This document shows, one piece after another, positions 36,720 through 47,628 of a stretch of 64,000 bases of DNA. Numbering within the stretch: position 1 is the first letter of the stretch; every line of letters starts with the position of its first letter. Below the pieces are notes generated by a model. It did no database searches. It was not told the origin of the DNA and saw nothing but the letters and a program-made list of their open reading frames with translations. The DNA is from Alloascoidea hylecoeti (Eukaryota), in assembly GCA_001600815.1 (NCBI GenBank), contig BCKZ01000010.1, forward strand, positions 141,527-205,526. Reading direction: 5' to 3'. The position numbers and the translations under genes are program-made.

Positions 36720-37881
36720 GCAGTTAGGAAGTTTCCTTTCCTTAACAATTTCGAAATTCAGATCATGCCTGATCCATCTTGGAATAGTAGAAGTTTTCCA
36801 GATATTCTGAAAACGAGATTAAATTTTGTTTAACATTAGAACCATATTTAAAGCAAGTGGATGATTCTTTAATATTCTTGATATGCTTGAAATTCTTTAA
36901 CACTTAATTCTGATTTTGATTTTCCACTTGCTTTTAGTAATATATCAACACCAGTATTAATACCTGGATTACCAATATGAATATAAGTTACACGATCACG
37001 AACTTGATTAATCACAAGTTGGAATAATGTTGTCTAATGAAAATTGCCTTTGGGATATTATCTTCAACATCACTTTTATTTCCAAAAAGCCAATCTTTTA
37101 CTGACACCGATTTATCTCGAGAATCATCATTGATTTTTAGTTTTCCGTTTTCATTGACAAGCCATGGTATTCCAAACTTCTTGCCACTTCAACGTATTTA
37201 TCTGTATTTACCATAGTAGGTAATTATTCTTTCTAACGTAGCCCTTATACTACTAGCCTTCAAGGTTTTGATATCATGAGCATCTATCCAAAAAATACTA
37301 TCGTATATTCTTGCAGACCTAAAATCATATTATAAAGCAATTTGAGTTTTTCCGATACCACCTCTGCCTTTTAAAATAATTTCAGATCTACCAGTTGTTT
37401 CAATTAATGAGGGAGATATCTGATCTAAAATTTCTTCTCTTCCTGAAAATTTCTTATTTCTTGAACGTGAAACAATACTTCCAACTTTAAAATCGTCATC
37501 CCATGGGATATCCTTTAATGCATCAGCTTCTTTTTACCGATCATCTATAAATTTTATGAATTCTCAGTATGTTTAGCAAGATCATCTTCCATGTCTGTTA
37601 AATATTTTCTATCCCTATCCCATTTTGTCTGTTTTACCAATTTTGGTGCCTTTAATTTAAAATCAGCATCGTCGCTTACGTATGGGTCCAAATTTGCACC
37701 ACAATAAAATTGAAATAATATATTTGCTCATGGCATTCGCGTTTCTATTAGCATTAATAAATTTATGGCCATTCTTGTATCATCTTTATAAAGATTATCA
37801 ATTTTTGTTATATATTTTTTCAAACGATAAGAACCATCTCTAGTAGTCTAAGGAGATCAATTGTTGCAACCCCCATGACAT
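36720..37881 (-). pseudogene. Decayed NB-ARC (STAND/NLR-like) gene
   Basis: Manual minus-strand translation gives SRSRNKKFSGREEILDQI..IILKGRGGIGKTQIAL*YDFRSARIYDSIFWIDA..VKDWL, then in shifted frames LDNIIPTCD, VDILLKASG, LKNHPLALNM and ISFSEYLENF. There are several stops and frameshifts. Confidence 0.8.
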
Positions 37882-38672
37882 TCTATATTAATGATCGAAT
37901 AAATACAAGTAAATGTTTATGGAGAAATGAATGAAAAACTCTCCAGTGATGGAAACCGTAGTCTTTTTATATTCTTATATACTACCCTAAAACTAACCGA
38001 GTTTTTAAACAATCTTGCGATGTATCGAGAATTTTATCGGAGTAATAGGCTGGCTGTAATTAATTTTAATCTTCTATGAGTTGATTCTGTAGATTGATAT
38101 TTTTATTTGCCTGTAAGGTTGCCTGTTTTATAAGAGATCCCAGATATCCTAGAATTAACATGCTAATTTGAATAAGTTATAGCCTATACTTGTTGGAATT
38201 CAATGTAACAGTTTTATAGGAATCGTACTAATATACATGTATTGGAGTCTTCGTGATCAGTAATTACTGTTAAAGTTCAAAGTGCCTGTTCTCCCAGTTG
38301 CGCCAAAAAGCCAATCGACTCTTTAGTGAACTGTTCTAAGAGTGTAATATATATCCCACAATTACAGTTGTAACTTCCGTGATTACCTTTGAAGATCAAC
38401 ATCTGAGGTTAAAACTAGGGAAAGATTGTGAAGATAAATCATCTAATTAATTATAAGCTTCTTTGTTTTTCTTTTTAAGACATCTCACTACAATGTCGTC
38501 ACACCAAGTAAATATTACACTGGCCAGTGGCCACCACTTTGCATAGATTGCAATATCCAGCACTGATTTTACTATGCTCACCTTAATATCCACAAGCTCA
38601 ACAAAATGAAATCACCCTTTATTATTTTCTATATATTAAATGAATGCATGTACTATGAAGTAGTTTATATAA

Positions 38673-39967
38673 TTAGAAAGGATATGCCTCTTTCTCTGTT
38701 TCAGCAGTATAACCCATCTTTTCTTGTTCTTCCTTCTTCATCTGTAGATAGTTAACTAATGTCTCTCCATATGTATCAAATCCTTTATATGCTCGAACAT
38801 CACCATCCCAATGATTGATACCGTCTAATAGTCTACCTGCCACATATGGTTCATTACCAATCTGAGTAATAGGTAAGAAATATGTTCGAATAGTGAATAC
38901 AATAGCTCCACTCTTAGGTAATCTTCTCAATGATTGTCTTTCTGATCTAAAGTATATTTTGTTGATATCAGTTGCTATATCAGATGCTGCCCATCCAACA
39001 ACATTATCTTCATCTCCAATTGATTTAGACCAAGCTATATCATCATCATTTTGAATAAAATAATTGTTTCGCACTACTGGCTTATCAGGTCTAAGTTTAA
39101 TGAAAAATTTAGCCATACCATTATGAAGTTTTTCTTGATATTTTGGAACATCCCCAGAGGTATGAATGTCAGCCATTGGCATGTTTAATTTATCTTTGAG
39201 ACGCCAAAAACCAGCCAAAGCAATGGCACCAGCTTTTAAGTAATATACTCCATCTTCACCTTCTGGTAATACAGCAAGATCATCTTGAACGAACTTAGCA
39301 GCCATACCCATAGGATCTTCCTTTAATGGTCGTTCAAAAATATTAAAAGATTCACCAGTAAATAAATTGTCCATACCAACATCAGTTCTTTTAAATAGAG
39401 TTGGATATCTATCTGGTAAGTAATCACGGAAACATTCTAATAATTCACAAGCAGCATCAAATGCCGATGGATCAGTATGAACTAATTCATCATATTTTTC
39501 TTCGAATCTTTCAAGCTTTCGTTGATGATATTTTGGCCATTCATTATCAAGTTCGATCCAGTTATTCCAATCCATACTTCGGATACCCATCGTGACAAAA
39601 TAATTATGTTTGAATGGTCGATATGGTAATGGTTTGGTAGTATTGATATCCCAGTCTTGACAAGGGACTGGCTGGGGTGCTTTGAAATCTTCAGGAACCC
39701 AATCTAAATTAAATCATGATAAGTGTTAGTTTTCTCTGTTAACTTTAATGATACTATGAATATTCTTTGCTTACGTCCATATTTTCTTTTCTTGTTGTTA
39801 GCTAGCTTCTCAGGTAAAGGTTTGATCTTCTTGTCTTTGGTTCCTTCAATGTATCCAGATGTCTTGACAGCTAATCCTGTTAATAATACACCAGCGGTGA
39901 TCAGAAAGTAAGCAAGCTCTTTTTGATACTTGAAGTCAGAAGATGATAACGTCTGAATTATAGCCAT
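38673..39967 (-). CDS. DUF3445 (HRQ-family / heme-dependent oxidative N-demethylase alpha-subunit-like) protein, 2 exons, 407 aa
   Basis: Exon 1 is 39967-39775 (N-terminal TM segment). Intron 39774-39704 has GTAAGC..AACTAAC..TAG. Motifs KPLPYRPFK, MGIRSMDWNNWIELD, VQDDL, IHTSGDVP, RNNY and RSERQSLRRLPKSGAIVFTIRTYF. Confidence 0.85.
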
Positions 39968-40488
39968 TTAGTAAGATCTAATATATTAATGTGGATAAAT
40001 AATATATATTTTATGAGGAAGGTGAAGATTAAAAAGTTTTATTGATTTGAGGGGGATAACTTTGTTATTTATATATATTATACATGATTATACTATTGGT
40101 TATCAATTTTAAGATGTTAGTTGGGGTATTCTTTCCATTTTAAGTTAAAAGATGTCAGGATTAGAGTTGCTCATTGGGGAAAAATAAGATTTATTATTAT
40201 ATACAAATTATAATTGGAAGATTATCACGACATTATACTTCTAATCTGATAATTAATCAAACGTTTTCTTTTTTGAAAAATAAGCTCATGTTTCTTAAAA
40301 AAAAACGGTTTTAAAAAAGAGGTTTTAGGATTAAATATGCATTTCCGATGTATACCAGCCGTGCACGTGCACCCTGACATGTTAACCTTTTTCCTTAGAT
40401 TAGTTAGGTCTACCCTTAAATTTCAGAATCTATATTCTATATTCTATATACTTTGGTATATAGTTTTATATATACAAAGTGTATCACT

Positions 40489-43400
40489 CTAAAATAACCC
40501 TTCTATTTCACCTTTTTCATTAACTTCGACATCCATAAAACCAGAGTGCGTTGGTAATCCTGGAATTGTCATGATTTCTGCAGCAAGAGCATACAAATAT
40601 CCTGCACCAATTGAAGCTCTAACATCTCTAATTGGAACTGTGAATCCTGTTGGCACTCCCTTTAAAGTAGGATCATGAGAAAGAGAATATTGTGTTTTTG
40701 CAATGCAAACGGGCAATTTATCAAATCCTTGTGCAGTATATGTTTTGATCTTATTTTTGGCCAATTCGCTTAGTTCAATACCGGCCCCACCATACATTTT
40801 TTGAACAATTGTATTTAATTTATCTTCTAGTGATCCTTCCAAGGAGTAAAGAAGATCGACATTATGGCTCTTATTATCTTTAACAGCTTTTATAACCCCT
40901 TTAGCAAGATCAATAGCACCTTCACCACCACGAGCCCAATGGTCACTAGGAATAGCATCAACAGCACCTGCTAGTAATGACTCTTCTTTAATTGCAGCTA
41001 TTTCGGCTTCTGTGTCGGTTTCAAACTTATTAATAGCAACCACTACTGGAACTCCATATGCTCTAGCATTAGAAATTTGTTTTGCTAAATTGGCACAACC
41101 TTTGCGAACAATATCAACATTTTCCGTTTGATATATTTCAGGTAATGCCTGACCAGGCTTAACATCTGGAGCGCCACCATGCAGTTTCAATGCTCTAACC
41201 GTAGCAACAATGACAACAGCATTGGGCTTAAGTCCACTATTTCTACACTTAATGTTGAAAAATCTTTCACCCCCCATTGTGAAATCGAATCCTGCTTCGG
41301 TAACAACGAAACCTGCCTTTTCATCATGGTCTTCGTGTTCTGATGTACCAGCTAACTTCAAAGCAATTCTATCGGCAATAACAGACGAAGCGCCAATGGA
41401 AATATTAGCAAAAGGTCCAGCATGAACAAAAACAGGGGTGCCTTCAAGAGTTTGCATGAGATTTGGTTTAATAGCATCCTTAAGTAAGGCAGTCAATGCA
41501 CCAGCAGCACCAATATCGTCACAAGTAACTGGTTCTCCAGTATTACTAGAAGCAACTACAATACGACCAATTCTTCCTCTCATATCCTTCAAGTCTTTAG
41601 AAAGCGCCAATATAGCCATACATTCACTAGCCACACTAATATCAAATCCCGTAGCTCTAGTATGCTCTTTTTCAGTTGGAGCCTGTCCAATAGTGATCTG
41701 TCTTAAGTGACGATCATTAACATCAACCACTCTCTTCCATGTAATTGTCTCTGGATCTATATCCAATCTTGCAAATCTTGATATTTCTTCTGGTGTAAGA
41801 TCATCTGGATTAGTCTTGTTAATTCCCAATTTATCTAATCTAACTAACATTCCAGGGGAAAATTTTCGGATACCTTTTTTCGATGGTACCAATCTTTTAT
41901 ATAGAGCAGCATCCTTTTGACTTCTTTCATGGAACATTCGTGTATCTATTGCAGCTGCCAAAAGATTTGTAGCAGCAGAAATAGCATGTATATCACCGGT
42001 GAGATGTAGATTAAACTCATCCATTGGGATGACTTGTGCATAACCGCCGCCAGCAGCTCCTCCCTTCACACCGAATGTTGGTCCCATGCTAGGTTGACGA
42101 ACATTGGCAATAGAGAAACGTCCTAAATGTGCTCCAAGAGCTTGAACAAGACCAACAGTGGTTGTAGATTTACCTTCTCCTAGAGGTGTTGGAGTGATTC
42201 CAGCAACTAAGATGTAATTTCCATCTTTTCTATGTTTTAAACGATTATAAACATCTAAGGATACCTTTGCTTTATAATGACCATACTGCTCCAGTTCACC
42301 TTCAGAAATGCCTAATTCTGAAGCAACCTGTGTAATTTTCTTGGGAGTTTGAGCTCTAGAAATATCGATATCCGATGGTACCGGGGTTTCTAGTTTTAAA
42401 GGAAGAGGTGAAATATTTCGTGCGCCCTCTGTTTCTTGAAATCTTTTAGCAGAATCAACGACATTTTTAACTAACATGGCCACCGTCATAGGCCCAACCC
42501 CACCAGGAACAGGAGTGATTTTGCTTGCAACTTTAACAGCAGAGTCAAAGTCAACATCACCAACGAGTTTTTGCCCCGATTTCTTGGTGGAATCAGGAAT
42601 ATAATTTATACCAACGTCAATGACGACACAACCTTGCTTAAGCCATTCACCCTTAACAAAATTCGGGCTTCCAATTCCAGCGATGAGTATATCAGCTTTA
42701 CCGATAATGTCAATCATCTGTTCAGTATGGCTATGACACACAGTAACTGTGGCATTGGCGTTTTTTAGCAAATATGAAACTGGATTACCAACAATGTCTG
42801 AACGTCCAAGAACGACAGCACGCTTTCCTTTGATTTCTACATTGGCATGTTTTAAAAGTTCCATGACACCATTTGGTGTGCATGGGACAAACAACGGCTT
42901 TCCTCCTCGTTTAGCCAACTCACCAACGTTATACCGGCCAAACCCATCAACATCTTTTTCTTTAACGACTGCATTGGTGACATTCACTTCTGAAATAGTT
43001 TTTGGTATAGGGAGTTGAACTAAAATGCCATGAACGGATGAGTCATTGTTGAGGTTATCGATTTCATTTAATAATTCCGGCTCTGCAATTGATGTGGGAA
43101 ATTTCTTCAGTTCACAATCAATATTGGCAGCTTTTGCCGCTTTTAGTTTCATTCTCACATAGGCTGATGAATCGGATCGTTCTCCAACTTGAATTATAAC
43201 CAATTTGGGAACGAACCTTGGTTGGAATTCTTGAATTTTTGAAATTTCATTCGCAATTTCTTCACGAATTGACCTGAATCATAAAAAAAAGTGTGTCAAT
43301 ATCAAAAACTGATGAACCTTAGAATATTTGAAGATAACTTACTTGGCGATGTCTTTTCCATCGATTTTTTCGGCATTCAAAAGAGAAGTTGAAAAGTGAA

Positions 43401-43518
43401 AAGTTCTAACCGATGAGCGATTGGCAACAGCAGATCTCAGATGTTTTGCTTGGAAACATGATTTAACACGAAGCTGATTCTTAGTACTTGATAATAATGA
43501 ATGCCGTAAACCTAACAT
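40489..43518 (-). CDS. MIS1: Trifunctional C1-tetrahydrofolate synthase with mitochondrial presequence, 2 exons, 986 aa
   Basis: Exon 1 is 43518-43343 (MLGLRHSLLSS...RTFHFSTSLLNAEKIDGKDIAK). Intron 43342-43274 has GTAAGT..CAG. Dehydrogenase/cyclohydrolase motifs (KDVDG, PVPGGVGPMTVAML) and synthetase motifs (TPLGEGKST, GVKGGAAGGG) are present. Confidence 0.92.
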
Positions 43519-43915
43519 TTTAACTTGTATGCTAGCTTAAATAAGGGAGTTGGCTTGTGTATCTAGAATGAGATTGAATAGAAGGTCCAAGTATCTAAAC
43601 TTTTTTAAACTTTTTTAAATTTTTTCGACATTACATGCATGACAGGCAGTAGCAAAATCCATATGTTACAATCTTAATTATAATACTTAAAACATCTTCA
43701 GTAACAACTTCAAAAATTACAGTACTCTATATTTTTAGATTATTTATATTCCAAACAGAAAAACAATATAGCTCTCAGTTGGCTACACTAGATCATTCCC
43801 TATAATTATGATTAAAATAACACATCAGAAACTAAGTCCCAAAATATTTTTCTTTAAAAAGTTTAGAGAGTGTAAAATTTTAAAAAGCAAAATTATAAAA
43901 TTATTATAAATCTTA

Positions 43916-46900
43916 TCAAACTTCAGAAAAAAATCGTGTTTTAAACCAATTGAAATCACAACATTTAATGTTCAAACTTTCAGCTGTCGTTTTCATTGAT
44001 TTAACATCACTAATAAAAACACAAAAGTTGAATTTATCAATATTATCCAATGATAAATATGGTAAAGTTCGCCCTTCTCTTAACTTCAAACTATATAAAT
44101 CTTTTAATGACTTTTGGTAACGTGAAACACTGCTAGATACCAATTCCTCGGTAGTTTTTCGAATAGTCGACCGAAATGGTTCGTGAAGCCCACGAACTCT
44201 ATCTAGTGCTTCGACAATTTCACCATTAGGACTTAGAATGGCTACCTTCTTCATATGAAATAGTTGCTTGACAATCAATACCGCACGAGATGCCATTTCA
44301 CTCAAACGTGCATCTCTAGTGGTCCTCAGATTTCTCAATTCCGAGTAAACAATAACTGGTATAGTGCATTTTATCTTTCCTAATTCAATAAGCCTATAAA
44401 TTGAAGCGCAGCGATTAACTAAACACTGAGTGTCAAATATGAAAACTGTCGCATTAGTATTAATATAAGGACCAAACCCATTCTCAGACGATAATGGTTG
44501 AGTCTTAAATGCGTCTCGTATTCCTGAAATTTGATATATATTTCTGATCTGTGTTACTTGTGCTTCATATGATTGGATAACACTTGCAATTATAGGAGAA
44601 TCAAAAAACATTTTAACATTCTGCGTTGTAGCAAAATGTTCGATTTCATTTTCTAATTCAGTCAAATAAGTTGAATTTATTCCAAAATTTCCATCTTCTG
44701 TTGTGCATATTTGAAAGCCTTCATATTCCACTAATTCCAAAGCGAGTGATAATATCTTTCTATATCGCACATCTCTTTTTTTACAAATATTTATCTCTCC
44801 ATTTATTGGTACGTCAAAGGAGTCGTATTGAATAAATGAGTCAAGCCAATCTTCAAAATCATCACCTTTGTAAACCAAATCCATCCAATTTAATCCGAGT
44901 ATCTTCCATTCTTCATGCAAAATAGGATCTGATGGTTCCTCTTGACGATTATGAATATCAAAATCAGGAACTAATGGGCGAATCTTTTGTAAATAATCCA
45001 AAAGTAACTCCCAAGGAAACATTTTATTAATAAACAGATCAATTAATTTTCTCGCATTCGGAACAATTGATAATGATACTGTTAATGATTTTAAGAAATA
45101 TAACCACAATAATAAATGTTGTGAGCCAATTGGTGGTGGAAAAGATAAGTACTGAGATAAAGTTGTAAATGCAATAGCAACAGATCCCTGGTTAATTTTA
45201 TCAATAGCTTCAAGCCATTTCTCGTCACTCTTATCTGATACTTGTAATTTATCATCAAGATCCATTGTTCCAACTGAGTCGGTTGTATCATCATCTTCCA
45301 TTGATCTCATAATATTGTTTGCTAAACCAAATAAAGTCATAAAAGGGTTTTCTTTTACTTTCCCAAAAGACATAAGTTGGGTGACATTAATAATAAATGT
45401 GTTCGTTGCATGTAAAAGTGGTGAAAGTTTTGATTTTAATCTATTTTGTCCCGTCATATATTTCTCGATATTTTTAACCAAGACATTTTCATCTTCAGAA
45501 AGAGAAGCAGAGAGTTCATCTCTTGTAGGCCCAAAACAATTTCGCAAGTTTTCAATCATTATATTAAATTCATCATATTGTAGGTCAATGTTTATATCTG
45601 TAGAACATATGAACCTGTGTATTTTCATAAACTCGATTGATAAATCCTTCGTATCAGAATCAGGGACAGAACCTTTAGGGATAAGAGAATTAGTAAGGAA
45701 GGAATATATTAGACTGGACGATAATTCAAATGGTTTCCTTGCAGTAACAGTTTTAGCCAATAAAACAAATGAATCCATTTTATCCTGAGATACAAGGGCC
45801 TGATGATAGTATATTCTTCCGGCGCCAAAAACAGTACGTGAGGCAACACAATACCAATATTCCGAAGAAACTTTCCAACTAATATCATTTGAATGGTAAA
45901 GTGTTATAGAAAATCTTGATAAATCACCCAATGCTTCTGCCCAGTAAGCCCTTCTGTCAAACGGTCGATCTAAAAAGCATGAAATCACATCAAATGAAAG
46001 TATAACGAAATGATCTATAAGGTCATTATCTGTGTGAGCAGGCATTACCAGCTTTAAAACTTCAAGAAAATTAAAAATACCAAATGTCCAAAGTCTTAGG
46101 GGTATTTTATATTTCCCAACCAGCGCTGGGCCAATATTATTAGGGTCCTTTGCACCTACACAATAAGCTTGAAACATGAAATCATGATAAGTTTCTAATA
46201 ATGATTGTTGTAGTTTACAGAGCCCCCACAATTGTCGTATGAATGATGAATGGTTGTTCGTTTCTTTTAATTGTTGTTTCATAAACTTTGTTCTTTTATT
46301 ACATTCCTTCTCCCTCTGCCATAAAATGGAGTAAACTTCCTGTAGTTTACCTATCATAGCCCGGTGTTTTGAATAACCATCATTATTTCGATTATCAGAA
46401 CTTTTCAGAGAGCTTCTGTCGTTATCTGAACTAACAGAAACTGTTTCTGAATAGTCTGGAGATTGATATGCGTCGGAAGTGTCACACATAATATTACTAG
46501 TACTCTCTTCACCTGCATCGCTTTGGGGCTCCAGTATTGTGCTACCCATAGTAGCATTCCCACTGATTAATGATGATTCTTCGGCAGTTTCTTTTCTTAA
46601 TAAAATTTTAGGTCTGGATGGAAGAGTGTTTGCCCACGAACCCCCATCATGGCTGTTAAGAGGGCGATCACTCCAAGGAAACTGATTTCGGGGAGCTTTT
46701 GCACTTTGCAAATTAGATTCATTAATATTCTTTTTATAATTAGTCGATCTGATGTCTAAGGCGGCCTGGTTATGACCTCTATTTGTTCGAGACCCAAACC
46801 CATTTTGTCCAACACTGCCATTTCCCCGCTTAACCTGAGATCCCAGCCCTATTGAGGCGGGATTTTGAACAGTCGGTATAGGGTCTTTTCTAGGATTGAA

Positions 46901-47029
46901 TAATACTCTCTCTGATTTATTTGCTGTAGTTGGTGGTGAGCCATCCCTCGATGGGAAGCTTCTATCATAATCTGGATCTATGCCATAGTGACGATCACGA
47001 TTATCTCGACGACCTGCTGGTGGCGCCAT
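43916..47029 (-). CDS. Est1/SMG5-6-like protein (ESL1/ESL2 type) with C-terminal PIN domain
   Basis: Motifs YHDF...YKIPLRLWTFGI.NFLEVLK, WAEALGDLSR, WK.SSEYWY, GRIYYH and FPWELL; PIN-like FIFDT...IPVIVYSELR at the C-terminus. Confidence 0.8.
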   Translation of the reverse strand: MAPPAGRRDNRDRHYGIDPDYDRSFPSRDGSPPTTANKSERVLFNPRKDPIPTVQNPASIGLGSQVKRGNGSVGQNGFGSRTNRGHNQAALDIRSTNYKKNINESNLQSAKAPRNQFPWSDRPLNSHDGGSWANTLPSRPKILLRKETAEESSLISGNATMGSTILEPQSDAGEESTSNIMCDTSDAYQSPDYSETVSVSSDNDRSSLKSSDNRNNDGYSKHRAMIGKLQEVYSILWQREKECNKRTKFMKQQLKETNNHSSFIRQLWGLCKLQQSLLETYHDFMFQAYCVGAKDPNNIGPALVGKYKIPLRLWTFGIFNFLEVLKLVMPAHTDNDLIDHFVILSFDVISCFLDRPFDRRAYWAEALGDLSRFSITLYHSNDISWKVSSEYWYCVASRTVFGAGRIYYHQALVSQDKMDSFVLLAKTVTARKPFELSSSLIYSFLTNSLIPKGSVPDSDTKDLSIEFMKIHRFICSTDINIDLQYDEFNIMIENLRNCFGPTRDELSASLSEDENVLVKNIEKYMTGQNRLKSKLSPLLHATNTFIINVTQLMSFGKVKENPFMTLFGLANNIMRSMEDDDTTDSVGTMDLDDKLQVSDKSDEKWLEAIDKINQGSVAIAFTTLSQYLSFPPPIGSQHLLLWLYFLKSLTVSLSIVPNARKLIDLFINKMFPWELLLDYLQKIRPLVPDFDIHNRQEEPSDPILHEEWKILGLNWMDLVYKGDDFEDWLDSFIQYDSFDVPINGEINICKKRDVRYRKILSLALELVEYEGFQICTTEDGNFGINSTYLTELENEIEHFATTQNVKMFFDSPIIASVIQSYEAQVTQIRNIYQISGIRDAFKTQPLSSENGFGPYINTNATVFIFDTQCLVNRCASIYRLIELGKIKCTIPVIVYSELRNLRTTRDARLSEMASRAVLIVKQLFHMKKVAILSPNGEIVEALDRVRGLHEPFRSTIRKTTEELVSSSVSRYQKSLKDLYSLKLREGRTLPYLSLDNIDKFNFCVFISDVKSMKTTAESLNIKCCDFNWFKTRFFSEV

Positions 47030-47628
47030 AACTTCATATCTTCAAGAAATAAATATTATGGTTTTATGTGCACTGTATATGAAGAAGTATATCAGTCTTA
47101 TATAGTATGACGTTTTCCGCGATTAAGTCTAGAGTCAAAAACTTATTGAGGTTGGTATGGACGAATATCTTTCAATTAAATATAATGGAGTGGGATTATA
47201 TTTATCCGAAGTATAATGATAAGAAAGAAGAAAGAAAAAAGCTTTTAATTTTGTCGAATATATTATTGATTGTCAAAATTAACAATCGTAAATTAATAAT
47301 GCAACAGCAAAAAAAAGATGCGAGCCGTTAGATTCTACTTGAATACCAAAAACGAACGCTATTTTTAGCAAAATGAACAGCAAAAAAAGAGGATTCTTTG
47401 TCTGAAATTTCAGCGGACTTGAAAAACAGAGGGATTAATCAGCGCAGATTCACTCGCTTTGGACATTTACCCGGCCTTCTTGGATCTGCATTGGGCAAGT
47501 TTAATTACTACAATAACTCTATTGGGTCATGATCAACTTCTTGAATACTGCCAATTGTTATAATTATATGTTGCCATTCAACTAGTACTGCTTACTTATA
47601 TACATGATTCTAGCAATATTACTGATGC

